From: an uncultured Desulfobacterales bacterium
GTDB lineage: Bacteria; Desulfobacterota; Desulfobacteria; Desulfobacterales; JAHEIW01
Reading direction: 5' to 3'
NCBI GenBank assembly: GCA_947259495.1
Contig: CAMYLV010000005.1
Coordinates: 55,401-119,400, forward strand
DNA: 64,000 bases
The position numbers and the translations under genes were made by a program. Of the stretch, positions 18,174 through 27,621 are shown in pieces; positions within the stretch are counted from its first letter, which is position 1; each line of letters begins with the position of its first letter. The notes beneath the pieces were generated by a model that saw only the letters and a program-made list of their open reading frames with translations, had not been told where the DNA came from and ran no database searches.

Positions 18174-18716
18174 ATGTATAAAAGATCTAAATTTAAGCCA
18201 TGTGAAAATTGTCAAAAACCGGTCATTCCGGAAGATAAAAATTGTCCTTATTGTGGATTTAAGGTGAAAAAAGAGGTACTTCCAAAATTAATCATAGGTG
18301 TATTGATATTAGTTCTTTTCGGTAGTCTGGCCATTCCCTCGAAAAGCCATTTAGATAAGGAAATAAAAAAGATTGCGAATGCCCCGGTCGATACTGTTAA
18401 TATTCGAGAATTGGCAAAAATTTTAGGCAATAAACATGCAGATACTGAAATACTGAATAAGATTGGAAAAATAGAGGGTAAAATCGTCGAATTGCAGCTT
18501 CAGGTTTTTGTTTCTACCTATATGTCTGATTATCATAGAATCGTAACAATACCATCTGCCGGTATTCCTGGTACATTGCTGACACTCTATCCAAAAAATA
18601 AAAAAGAGTCCGAATACTTAAAAAATATAAAACCAGGGCAGACGTTAAAAGTAAAAGGAAAAATTGAAGGTATTTATAAAAAAAGACTTAAAATCAATCC
18701 TGCATTTATAATTTAA
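18174..18716 (+). CDS. Zinc-ribbon + TM + OB-fold-like protein
   Basis: CENC..CPYC, TM segment, C-terminal VKGKIEG pattern typical of tRNA_anti-like OB folds; AT-rich codons. Confidence 0.7.
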   Translation: MYKRSKFKPCENCQKPVIPEDKNCPYCGFKVKKEVLPKLIIGVLILVLFGSLAIPSKSHLDKEIKKIANAPVDTVNIRELAKILGNKHADTEILNKIGKIEGKIVELQLQVFVSTYMSDYHRIVTIPSAGIPGTLLTLYPKNKKESEYLKNIKPGQTLKVKGKIEGIYKKRLKINPAFII

Positions 18717-19246
18717 GTCCAACGCAAACTTCAAATTCTCACTTCATCTACATAATATTCTGCACCAATATCAGGGTTATCAATCATTCAAATACATTCC
18801 CTACGCTTCATAAAAAAAGATAATATGATGGCAATTTGGATATATTGAGATAATCGGTAAAGCCGCAAAATTACAGATATCGTAATCTGATATCACAGAT
18901 TTTTAGAGACGGCCAAATATACATAGATTTTGGAGATAACACAGGTTTTAGAAAAGCCAAAGGCTGCTCGGCTTGGGATTTGTTTACCGTAACTATAAAA
19001 ATTTGAATTTGAAAATGATGCATTTATAGTCCAGCAAACTCATTGGAGCCTGTACTACAATATCGTGCATACTCCTGTAAAACAAGTGGTGAGAAGGTAA
19101 GTGAATGTTATGTCTGCTTCGACGATAACGCTTTCAGGTTAGCGTACAGTTCTTGGTTTGTCTTAATGAAAGCGCGAATCGGAAATTAGATCATATAGCC
19201 ACCTGCACCAAGTCACTCTATCGGTAACAGCTTTTTTAGAGATTTG

Positions 19247-19807
19247 TTATTTTGATTTAAATAGCTTCGGATCCCGCATCGTCTTTAGGATTTCAATGCT
19301 ACTCTTATACCCCTTAGTAAGCCGACACAAATCTATCGCCATCCCGGCGATCTGGGCTACCGCGTGGACAAAATTCACATCTTCCAAGGTAAATTCCCAA
19401 GGTTGAGAGGTATAGACTCTGAGGGCTCCAATCACGTTATTGTGGACTGTAATCGGAACGGATAAAATAGAAGCAATGCCTTCCTTTTTGGCTTCATTGG
19501 GATACTGAAGCCTCGGATCATCCGAAACATCGTAAATCGCGACAGGACCTTCCTCAAGAGATTTGGTGATGGACTTTAGAGAACTGATTGGCCCTTTATT
19601 CAGATAATTCTGACTCAGTCCATACGAAGCAGCGATTTTCAGTTCATTTGTCTTACGGTTGATTAAAAACAGTGCACAGCCCTTTACATCCAGAGCGGTT
19701 TTGACGCTCTCTACCGTCAACAAAACAACCTCTTTCGGATCTCTTGTGGCAGAAATTGAGCCGGTAATTTTTATTAGCGTTTCATAATTAATGATTTGCT
19801 TTTTCAT
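19247..19807 (-). CDS. Stand-alone GAF-domain protein
   Basis: GCALFLI, ASYGLSQNYLNKGP, DPRLQYPNEAKKEGIASILSVPI, IGALRVY; AGGAG SD. Confidence 0.88.
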   Translation of the reverse strand: MKKQIINYETLIKITGSISATRDPKEVVLLTVESVKTALDVKGCALFLINRKTNELKIAASYGLSQNYLNKGPISSLKSITKSLEEGPVAIYDVSDDPRLQYPNEAKKEGIASILSVPITVHNNVIGALRVYTSQPWEFTLEDVNFVHAVAQIAGMAIDLCRLTKGYKSSIEILKTMRDPKLFKSK

Positions 19808-19943
19808 ATGTTTCTCCTTTCGTTTCAGAAACGGTGCCCTGTTTTTCCCGAATACTCAATGAAGGGGCGAACCCAGCCGTCATCCTATCAGTTCTATGGC
19901 GGCCAGGCAGAAAGCGAACACGAGCGGCCGGTGTTGCAAGAAT

Positions 19944-19983
19944 AAAAAAGCCCCTGAGGCGTAAGTGTTCTCTAAGGGACTTT
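19944..19983 (-). terminator. Intrinsic terminator upstream of the GAF gene
   Basis: Minus strand AAAGTCCCTTAGAG-loop-CTCAGGGGCTTTTTT. Confidence 0.65.
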
Positions 19984-20014
19984 AATTTGGTACCTTCTGG
20001 ATAGACTTCGTCAT
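19982..20014 (-). CDS. Putative 10-aa leader peptide MTKSIQKVPN
   Basis: GGAGA SD 5 nt before the ATG; stop overlaps the 5' arm of the terminator. Confidence 0.35.
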   Translation of the reverse strand: MTKSIQKVPN

Positions 20015-20379
20015 GGTGTTCTCCAGGAGGTTCACGAGTTGTAGGTTGAATGTGAAAGGTAGATCAGGGGCAGTTTACGGCCTCACGAGTTGGATTGTCA
20101 AGAGGAAACTGGTTGAAGGGTTAACCACAGCCACGACGGGGTATGCTGGAGCGGGAAGGGAAGTCAACAAGAATGCGATATCACAAGTTTTAACGGCTGT
20201 TCTAAAGTGCAGATTATTTGGAGTAATCGGCACAAAATAACAGCTTTAAATATTAAGTTTTTATAGCGGATGGCGCAGTTGCTTGGCGAAAAATTCGCAT
20301 TCAATATTTTCAGATTTCAAAAAGAAAAGATGAGGTTCTGATGGCTCCACCCTCACACTATTCGGCAATTTGAATCAGA

Positions 20380-20961
20380 TTACGGCATCTTCCCAAACTC
20401 AAACCACTGATGTGTATCAGCGATTAAGCTTTCATGATCGGCCCTCAGATGGTCATACATTCTTGCATTGTCAATAGCTATGCCTCCCATATCCGCCACT
20501 CCAGAAATCAGCTTGCATTCATCATCTGAAAAATTGCGCTGCTCTGAAGTGTATATTCTTAGCACGCCTACTATTTGGTCTTTTACTGTCATTGGAACAG
20601 ATAGCACTGAAGCAATGCCTTCCCTTTTGGCTTCATCTGGGTACTGGACCCTCGAATCATCTGACGTGTCACGGATTAGAACTATTTGTCCGTCTAATGT
20701 TTCTGCTATACTTTTATCGGCATCCAAAGGACCCTTTCTTAAATAGGCCTCGCTCAGGCCATAACTTGCACTGACATCTAATTTATTTCGGCTCTTATCC
20801 AAGAGAAAAATTGTGCAGGCTTTAACATTGATTAATTTTACAATATTTTCAGTAATCAATATTAAAACTTCTTTGAGATCCAAACTAGAATTAATTACTT
20901 TACAAACATCAATAAATAATTTGAAATATCGCAATTCTTTATTTTGCATACGATCCTCCAT
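20380..20961 (-). CDS. Stand-alone GAF-domain protein (paralog of 19247-19807)
   Basis: ASYGLSEAYLRKGP, DSRVQYPDEAKREGIASVLSVPM, VGVLRIY. Confidence 0.88.
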   Translation of the reverse strand: MEDRMQNKELRYFKLFIDVCKVINSSLDLKEVLILITENIVKLINVKACTIFLLDKSRNKLDVSASYGLSEAYLRKGPLDADKSIAETLDGQIVLIRDTSDDSRVQYPDEAKREGIASVLSVPMTVKDQIVGVLRIYTSEQRNFSDDECKLISGVADMGGIAIDNARMYDHLRADHESLIADTHQWFEFGKMP

Positions 20962-21106
20962 TCCCCCAATAAAAAAGCCAAATCACCCAAAAAAAGGCAA
21001 CTCGGCTATTTAAAGAAGACAAACCGCATCCTAACCCCCTCATTAGAGAGCTTTTGTCAAGTATTCCCATCTCCCCACAAGATGGGTTTAGCTTTGTGGC
21101 TTACTC

Positions 21107-21412
21107 TTATTTTTTAAATGGATACGTCCCCAAAATGTATTCATCATATTCGGTTGGAGATTCCAGGAAACTTTCCAACTTCGCCTCGTTCGCTATTCTT
21201 TCTTTATTTTCTTTCCAGGCTAGCCAATTTTCTATGCTCTGCCACGTGGAGATCACGAGTAGATGGTGGGGATCTTGATAGCTCAACAGAGTCTCGCCTG
21301 TGATATAGCCCTTCTGGTTCATAGCATTGGAACGATGCTTATTTAGCAAGGCAAAAACGTCTTTCGCCTTACCCTCTTTTATGTGTCTCTTAATCATAAC
21401 CTTTAACGCCAC
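21107..21412 (-). CDS. Antibiotic-biosynthesis-monooxygenase (ABM) family protein
   Basis: KGYITGETL, LVISTWQSIENWLAWKE; GGAGG SD. Confidence 0.85.
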   Translation of the reverse strand: MALKVMIKRHIKEGKAKDVFALLNKHRSNAMNQKGYITGETLLSYQDPHHLLVISTWQSIENWLAWKENKERIANEAKLESFLESPTEYDEYILGTYPFKK

Positions 21413-21549
21413 AGTGACCTCCTTTCTTTCCGATTTTTATTAGAGAGCGCTTCATATTTAGACGGTTGAAAAAGGCTGGTCCATTTCTGGCCCTGCCTTC
21501 AGTATCTACCATATAGGGGATAAATAAAATTCAAACTAGGGAATATTTA

Positions 21550-21864
21550 TTAAAAGCCCCGTGTGCTCGCCGTTTCTTCTGCAGCGAGGTGCTCTTCCCA
21601 TCTTTTGCCCCACAGATCTGGAACCGTTTCTTCAACTGCTACTATAGATTCATAAGAAATATGAAGATCCATAAAAATCGATTTTAATGTGCGCTCATCA
21701 GGAGACAACCATTCACAATAACGCAGCCCTTTTTCTTTATTAAAACAAGTCCGCACCCATGTACACTTTTCAACATTTGCGAGTTTTGCCCAGTTTTCTT
21801 CCACCTTTTCCCATGAAATATTAGGATCATTGTGGACAACCATGTACTTTAACAATTTGGCCAT
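21550..21864 (-). CDS. DUF4242-like small protein
   Basis: KYMVVH, CTWVRT, RYCEWLSPD pattern. Confidence 0.7.
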   Translation of the reverse strand: MAKLLKYMVVHNDPNISWEKVEENWAKLANVEKCTWVRTCFNKEKGLRYCEWLSPDERTLKSIFMDLHISYESIVAVEETVPDLWGKRWEEHLAAEETASTRGF

Positions 21865-22134
21865 GATAAACCCCCTTCAATTAAAATTTTAGTAGATTAT
21901 TTTAATATCTTATCGTGTCATAAACAATCATATTGCCAACTGGCAGGAAGAATACCGCGATAAGAAAGAACTGCGAATACAAAACAAGCATAGAGGCGTC
22001 CGACAAAACAGAAACATTCTGTCAGGAGCCAGGTAGGCACAATTTGAGAGGTTGCTCCATTTAATCTTTTCCCGAAGTTTAGGTTAAAGTTTAAGGAAAA
22101 CCAGAATCTGTTTCAGCGGGAGAATTGCTGGCAA

Positions 22135-22554
22135 TTAATAGGTTGAGGCACGCATATAGTTACAATAATCGGGTTCATTTTTATCAATTTCAGCGGGAAA
22201 TTTATCCGACTTGCAAACAAATTCAAGTTTATCTCCGCCTTTGTTTACCCTTGCAAGTTTGTACTTGGTTCCGGAGATAGGATTTTGCATCTTGATTTGA
22301 TACCAGATATTTTCTTCAGAATCTTTCCACTTCTTAATTACTTGAAACGTACCACGTTGGAGTGCTTCAGCTGATGTTTTCGTACCATAAGTCACAAATG
22401 TTCCATCAAATGCAAATATTAGTTTTTGTGGTGGATCACCTGATACATATTTTGTATTGACCCAAGTGCAGCAAATCTCATCAGATTCAGCAAAGGTCTT
22501 TCCTGCAGAAAATACTAAAGAAAGGCATAAGGCGATAATAAATAATGCTCTCAT
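22135..22554 (-). CDS. Hypothetical exported protein
   Basis: Signal peptide; 139-aa AT-rich ORF with SD. Confidence 0.75.
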   Translation of the reverse strand: MRALFIIALCLSLVFSAGKTFAESDEICCTWVNTKYVSGDPPQKLIFAFDGTFVTYGTKTSAEALQRGTFQVIKKWKDSEENIWYQIKMQNPISGTKYKLARVNKGGDKLEFVCKSDKFPAEIDKNEPDYCNYMRASTY

Positions 22555-23260
22555 AATTATTCCCCTTTCATTTAATTGATTAAAAATAGGGATATTTGAT
22601 GCAAATTTAAATCATCATATATGTCTAACAATACTCGGTCTTAGGAATCCATCTCATCTATTTTATGCCTCCAATGGGCATTGGCCCTTTGGAGGCTTTT
22701 AAATCGGCATCTTCTGCAAACCCTTCAGCATGGCTTTCTCTACGAAAGTTAAGGGTTAAAAGTGACTGTTTTTTATGGGCTAACAGTAGGAAATTTTGGA
22801 TCAAGATGTCGTTCAAATCAGGATGAGGTTCTGAATGAGACTTATAGTAGGAAAGAGGTGGAGCTTAGCATTTCGCTTCTGGATAGCAAGAAATGACCAG
22901 ATAAAAATATTTCTTACTCAAAATAAATCCATTTCAAAAATTGTCAATAAAATGAATAGATTATTGCTACATTGTGGTAATTGTAAAAACGGGTGTATGA
23001 GGATGCCTAAGTGTTTTTTTCTTGCATATAACACAACTCTATCTAAAGTGCATGTATGAGAATACATGCATTTTGCCATTTTTACAGATATAAAACGAAT
23101 ATCACAGATTTTTCAAGATTAAAAAAGTGCTAATTTGTTGGAGTTATGTGAAATTGGAAAGAGGTATATTTAGAGGTATATTTAAGGTCAATTGCATCCC
23201 CAATAATCTCCCTAAGTATACCCCTTCTCATCGGTTATCAAATTTTTTTCTACTTTCTTT

Positions 23261-23431
23261 TTAATAATAAAGTCCGGTATCATAAACAGCTTCCCACTCA
23301 CCAGTTAGGTCATAGATCACTTCACCACTCGGTAATTTTACAGTATTTGGCATCCCGTCCCTCAGTGGATTATCCATTTGTGCCTGCACGTTAGAAAAAA
23401 CAAAACCGATAATTAAAATTACGATGATCCT
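23261..23431 (-). pseudogene. Fragment of an exported-protein gene
   Basis: Reads *RIIVILIIGFVFSNVQAQMDNPLRDGMPNTVKLPSGEVIYDLTGEWEAVYDTGLYY*: a signal-peptide-like segment with no start codon and an early stop. Confidence 0.4.
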
Positions 23432-23531
23432 TCAACGACAAAATAACCAAAAAGACTTGACCTCTCTGTGAACTCTAAGGGCTCTGTTAGATAGAAAATC
23501 TAACGCTCGCTGCACTCGTTCTTGGTGGTTA

Positions 23532-24029
23532 TCATTTGCTTTTCGGTTGCGGCGCCTTGATCCGGTTATGGTATAGACCGGAGGCGGAATCGGGAATTTC
23601 AATTGCGTCAACGGCTTTTTTATAAAAATCCGTGTCCTTTACGGCACCGACAACCGCGTAGCCGTATCCCTTGTGTTTCATATCCAGCAAACAGGCGTTT
23701 ATCAATGCCTTGCCGGTCCCTTTGTTGCGATGTGATTTGGCAATACCGATGGGGCCGAAAAATCCCAATGCCGTGGCATCGTAGCAGGCAAAACCGATTA
23801 CCTTTGCGTCTTTGACGGCCACAAAGCAAGTGCGGGGTTGATTGGACAGGGCCACATCGACTTCGGCGGCCCAGCCGGCACCAAAATGATCGGCCACCCA
23901 GGCGATGATTGCGTGTTTCTCGGGCCCGATCGGTTTGCGAAGCGTGATGCCGAGCGCTTTTTGTTCCGCCAAAAAGGACACCTGTGTCTCGAGCTCATAT
24001 AATTTGATCAGCATATCCGCCATCGTCAT
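23532..24029 (-). CDS. GNAT acetyltransferase
   Basis: FGPIGIAKSHRNKGTGKALI (AcCoA motif A), YGYAVVG, FYKK. Confidence 0.88.
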   Translation of the reverse strand: MTMADMLIKLYELETQVSFLAEQKALGITLRKPIGPEKHAIIAWVADHFGAGWAAEVDVALSNQPRTCFVAVKDAKVIGFACYDATALGFFGPIGIAKSHRNKGTGKALINACLLDMKHKGYGYAVVGAVKDTDFYKKAVDAIEIPDSASGLYHNRIKAPQPKSK

Positions 24030-24287
24030 CCCTCCATCTTCAACCCGTCATATTACCAGAAGCGTTAAAAGTATTTTTCACTATTTTATCCGGTTTGTCA
24101 AAATCAGGCCGGCAAATCCAGGTTCGAAAATACCATTTTAATAATGATTGAGTATACTTAAGCCAATAATCGGAAAAAAATGGGAGCCGCGCGAAACTTT
24201 TTCATTACCGCAGTGTTTAACCCAGGTAAAGTCGAGGCCCGCCATATGAAAAATACACTAGCAAATATAAAAACGGAGGCTAAAAGC

Positions 24288-25169
24288 ATGAGAAAAAAAC
24301 TGTTAACGGCATTAACCGGGGTGACACTGTGTCTGGCTTTTGCATCAAACCCCAACCTTATTCTGGCTGAAGACGACGGCGCAGATTTACAGCCGGGAGT
24401 CTCTTTGCGGCAACGGGTCGACACCAATGGTGATGGCACCATCGATGCGGATGAAAAAGCGGCTTTCCGGAAACACTATTTAAAACGCTTTGATCGCAAT
24501 AATGACGGCAAACTTGATCGAAATGAAAGACGGCATGCACGCCGGCGGTTCGATCGCGCCGAAGATCGCTGGGACCGCCGGGAAGATAAATTCGACCGCC
24601 GCGAAGATCGCTGGGATCGTCGGGAAGACCGCTGGGACCGGCGCGAGGACGTGTGGGACCATCGTGAAGATCATCGGGATCGCCGGGAAGACGTGCGTGA
24701 CCGCCGGGAAGATGTCTGGGATCGCCGCGAAGACATTCGGGACCGCAAAGATGATCAATTAAAGGCCAATCGGCTCGGTAATTTAGAAGAGCGTCTGGCC
24801 AACACTGATGACCCGAAAGAAAAGGCAAGGCTTGAAAGACGCATCAACCATTTAAACAAGAATATTCGCAGAGATAAAGCCGAGGATCGCTGGGATCGTC
24901 GGGAGGATAAATACGATCGTCGCGAAGACCGCTGGGATAGCCGTGAAGATCGCTGGGATCGGCGCGAGGACGTGCGGGACCACCGTGAAGATCGACGGGA
25001 TCGCCGGGAAGATGTACGCGACCGCCGGGAAGATCGTCGGGACCGCAGAGAGGATTTCCGTGATCGCAGAGAAAATCGCCGGGACCGTAAAGAGGATGTC
25101 CGCGAATATCATAAAGATCGGCGGCAACACAGAAGGCATGCAACCCGCTCCGGGGGAGCAGGGAGCTAG
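24288..25169 (+). CDS. Secreted EF-hand protein with two blocks of D-R-R-E-D-x-x heptad repeats
   Basis: GGAGG SD before ATG 24288; signal peptide; DTNGDGTIDADE and DRNNDGKLDRNE; 10 + 11 heptads. Confidence 0.85.
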   Translation: MRKKLLTALTGVTLCLAFASNPNLILAEDDGADLQPGVSLRQRVDTNGDGTIDADEKAAFRKHYLKRFDRNNDGKLDRNERRHARRRFDRAEDRWDRREDKFDRREDRWDRREDRWDRREDVWDHREDHRDRREDVRDRREDVWDRREDIRDRKDDQLKANRLGNLEERLANTDDPKEKARLERRINHLNKNIRRDKAEDRWDRREDKYDRREDRWDSREDRWDRREDVRDHREDRRDRREDVRDRREDRRDRREDFRDRRENRRDRKEDVREYHKDRRQHRRHATRSGGAGS

Positions 25170-25236
25170 CTCTATCGTTTTTAAAGCGATGACGTGCCAA
25201 GTCCGTCGTTGCTACGACCATCAGTTCAACTCAAAA

Positions 25237-25268
25237 AAACGGCGGCCCGTGAGTCCGGGCCGCCGTTT
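25237..25268. terminator. Terminator hairpin between convergent genes
   Basis: AAACGGCGGCCCG-TGAGTC-CGGGCCGCCGTTT with an A7 run on the 5' side (U-tract for the minus strand). Confidence 0.8.
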
Positions 25269-25407
25269 CGATTTGGTCGTTCACCTGCCCCGCTTTGATA
25301 TGAAACCTGCAATGGTGCGGCGTGACATTTACCGTGTTGGTGATCTGTACGAATTTTTACTATGTATTCAGTTTAAACATGCTTCAGGGAATTTGGACGG
25401 GAAAAAA

Positions 25408-26793
25408 TTAAGCGGCTTCGGTCCGGCCTAAATCGATCTCCAAATTGACGCCGTATTTTTTTATCCGCTTCCAAACAGTCACCCGGCTGACACCTAATAT
25501 TCGCGCTGCTTCGGATTGATTACCGCCGACCTGACGCAGCGTATCAATCAGCTTTGTTCGTTCTTTTTCCCATGCCGCAGAGCTTTGCTGCCGTCGCATT
25601 TGAGGTCTTTTGCTGCCGGCTGTAATTTTGGGTGGCAGATGCTTCACGCCAATCCAATGCCCCGAACACAAAACAAACGCATATTCGATGGCGTTGCGCA
25701 ACTCGCGAACATTACCCGGCCAGGAATAGGTGAAAAGGGCCTCCATGGCTTCAGGCGTCAGACCGACGATTTTTTTACTGGATTTTGCGGCGTTTTGCTC
25801 AATAAAATTTTGGACGATAAGGTGGATATCATCGAGCCGCTCCGAAAGGGGCGGACATTTGAGGGGAAACACGTTGATGCGAAAAAACAGGTCTTCGCGA
25901 AATAATTCCTGGGCGATAAGGTCTTCGAGATCTTTGTTGGTGGCGGAGATAATCCGCACATCCACCGGGATCGGTTTGTGATCGCCGACTCTTTCGATTT
26001 CCTTTTCTTCCAGGACCCGCAAGAGCTTCACCTGGATACCCGGCGGTATATCGCCGATTTCATCTAAAAAGATGGTGCCTTCATGGGCGGCTTCGAAACG
26101 ACCGATGCGTGTCCGGTCAGCGCCCGTATAAGAGCCCTTTTCATGGCCGAAAAGTTCACTTTCCAGCAGGTTTTCATTCAGGGCAGCGCAATTTACTTTA
26201 ATAAACGGTTTGTCTTTACGGGGGCTGTCTTCATGAACGGCCCGGGCAACCAGCTCTTTACCGGTGCCGCTCTGGCCATGGATTAAAACCGGGGCATCTG
26301 TCTGGGCCACATTCTCGATGAGCTCAAAAAGGCGCTGCATCGTTAGTGATTCGCCCAGCAGTCCGTGGTGCTTGTCTTCAAGCCGACAGCTTTTGCGCAG
26401 GGTTAAAATTTCCTGCTCCTGACGCACGATTTCAGAGATGTCGGTTAGGGTTTCCACCGCACCGATCATCTGCCCGTCAGCATCTCTGAGCACGGTCGCA
26501 TTTTTGACAACATGCAAAGCGCGCCGGTCTTTTCTGGAGATCAAGCATTTCTTGGCGGTGACGATGCCTTTTTCATACAGGCTGCACCACTCCACACCGT
26601 AACCACGCCCGTACAGTTCGCAGCCGGTGCAATTCAAGATGGTGCAATTTTGACCGACCAATTCATCGGCTGAATAGCCCGTAAGCCTTTCAGCCGCAGG
26701 ATTCATTGCCAGAATATTACCCTCCGGATCAATTACCATGAGGCCGTCTTGTAATGTATCAACAATGGTTTTCCAGTGTTTACCTATTTCCAT
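25408..26793 (-). CDS. PAS-containing sigma54-dependent enhancer-binding protein (Fis HTH)
   Basis: Walker [24 protein letters not shown] (GAFTGA variant), [25 protein letters not shown]. Confidence 0.95.
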   Translation of the reverse strand: MEIGKHWKTIVDTLQDGLMVIDPEGNILAMNPAAERLTGYSADELVGQNCTILNCTGCELYGRGYGVEWCSLYEKGIVTAKKCLISRKDRRALHVVKNATVLRDADGQMIGAVETLTDISEIVRQEQEILTLRKSCRLEDKHHGLLGESLTMQRLFELIENVAQTDAPVLIHGQSGTGKELVARAVHEDSPRKDKPFIKVNCAALNENLLESELFGHEKGSYTGADRTRIGRFEAAHEGTIFLDEIGDIPPGIQVKLLRVLEEKEIERVGDHKPIPVDVRIISATNKDLEDLIAQELFREDLFFRINVFPLKCPPLSERLDDIHLIVQNFIEQNAAKSSKKIVGLTPEAMEALFTYSWPGNVRELRNAIEYAFVLCSGHWIGVKHLPPKITAGSKRPQMRRQQSSAAWEKERTKLIDTLRQVGGNQSEAARILGVSRVTVWKRIKKYGVNLEIDLGRTEAA

Positions 26794-26981
26794 CAGCATG
26801 GGCTCCTCTGATGCAAAATTCGTGCGCTGATTAAATCAGGCGAAGCATTTATTTGTTAGAAAGCCGATAAAATCAAAAAAAATTGAATCCTGTTTGCATT
26901 CCGACTTACAGATTCAAACATTTAGCCGATTGCATCAATAATGTTGTTATATTCAAAAAGTATTAACCGCAATGCGTAAAT

Positions 26982-27030
26982 TGTTAACTCTGTTAACCTT
27001 TGATGTGTTAACTTAACAATCAATGTTAAC
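26982..27030. promoter_or_regulatory. Array of four TGTTAAC sites (candidate activator UAS, distal)
   Basis: Exact TGTTAAC at 26982, 26991, 27006 and 27024. Confidence 0.65.
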
Positions 27031-27366
27031 AATTGCAATGGCAAAAATGCTGCGAGTCGAATTATTCAGGTGTCTTTTTTGACAACACCCGTGTACGCCG
27101 TTTTTTATTTTAAGTATTTTATATTATTACTAATTTATTTATTGCGAAGGTTTTCGGGCGATACCCTTTGAGTTTTACAGCACCCACAGCCTTGAACAAG
27201 GAATATACTTCCACAACGGATAGCCACAAGCAATGGTATGAAAAGGTTGGAATTAAGAAATATCCTGTCGCCTCAGCGAGGCATAACCCAACGTTTTCGT
27301 GTGCTTTTGACCGTTCTGTTGCCTGTAAGACTGATGTTGGATAAGGCGCAAACGCCGTGTTTAAAG

Positions 27367-27396
27367 TGTTAACCTGTTAACTTGACACATGTTAAC
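27367..27396. promoter_or_regulatory. Array of three TGTTAAC sites (candidate UAS, proximal)
   Basis: Exact TGTTAAC at 27367, 27375 and 27390, about 95-120 bp upstream of the -24 box. Confidence 0.7.
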
Positions 27397-27488
27397 ACCA
27401 TCTTTCCCAAATTGCATTTCAAAAATGCTTAACAGAAAAATATATAAATATTTCAGTATATTAATATTTTACTGCAGCTGTGGCTAAT

Positions 27489-27504
27489 TGGCATGGGGTT
27501 TGCT
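27489..27504 (+). promoter_or_regulatory. sigma54 -24/-12 promoter
   Basis: TGGCAT-GGGGT-TTGCT with GG/GC at the canonical 12-bp offset, upstream of the operon and divergent from an EBP gene. Confidence 0.85.
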
Positions 27505-27621
27505 AATTTAACATAACCTGAATAATCGACATTCGAAAAGGTGTCCGCAGTAATTTGAAATTGGAATAAACCGTTTAACCCTATAAACCAAATTGATTGT
27601 ATCAAGCAGAAAGGAGAAATC

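Noticed and set aside
22667-22758. Two adjacent hairpins with GCAAACC and GAAA, resembling a c-di-GMP-I riboswitch
   Set aside because: The conserved GACGCAAAG-type junction is missing and the orientation is opposite to the nearest downstream gene. An Rfam scan is needed to exclude it fully.
20329-22833. Shared 13-mer GATGAGGTTCTGA at ~20329 and ~22822
   Set aside because: Only two copies with no extended similarity; not distinguishable from chance by eye.
24552-25103. Possible CRISPR array or DNA-level tandem repeat
   Set aside because: There are no unique spacers. The repeats vary at synonymous positions, so this is a coding repeat.
24358-25431. Several long alternative-frame and antisense ORFs over the heptad-repeat gene
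   Set aside because: These are by-products of the 21-nt repeat, which lacks stops in other frames. Only the + frame has an SD, signal peptide and EF-hands.
27039-27054. Second sigma54-like box TGGCAAAAATGCTGC
   Set aside because: The -12 element is poor (CTGC), it directly abuts the distal UAS array, and it lies ~570 bp from the next gene.
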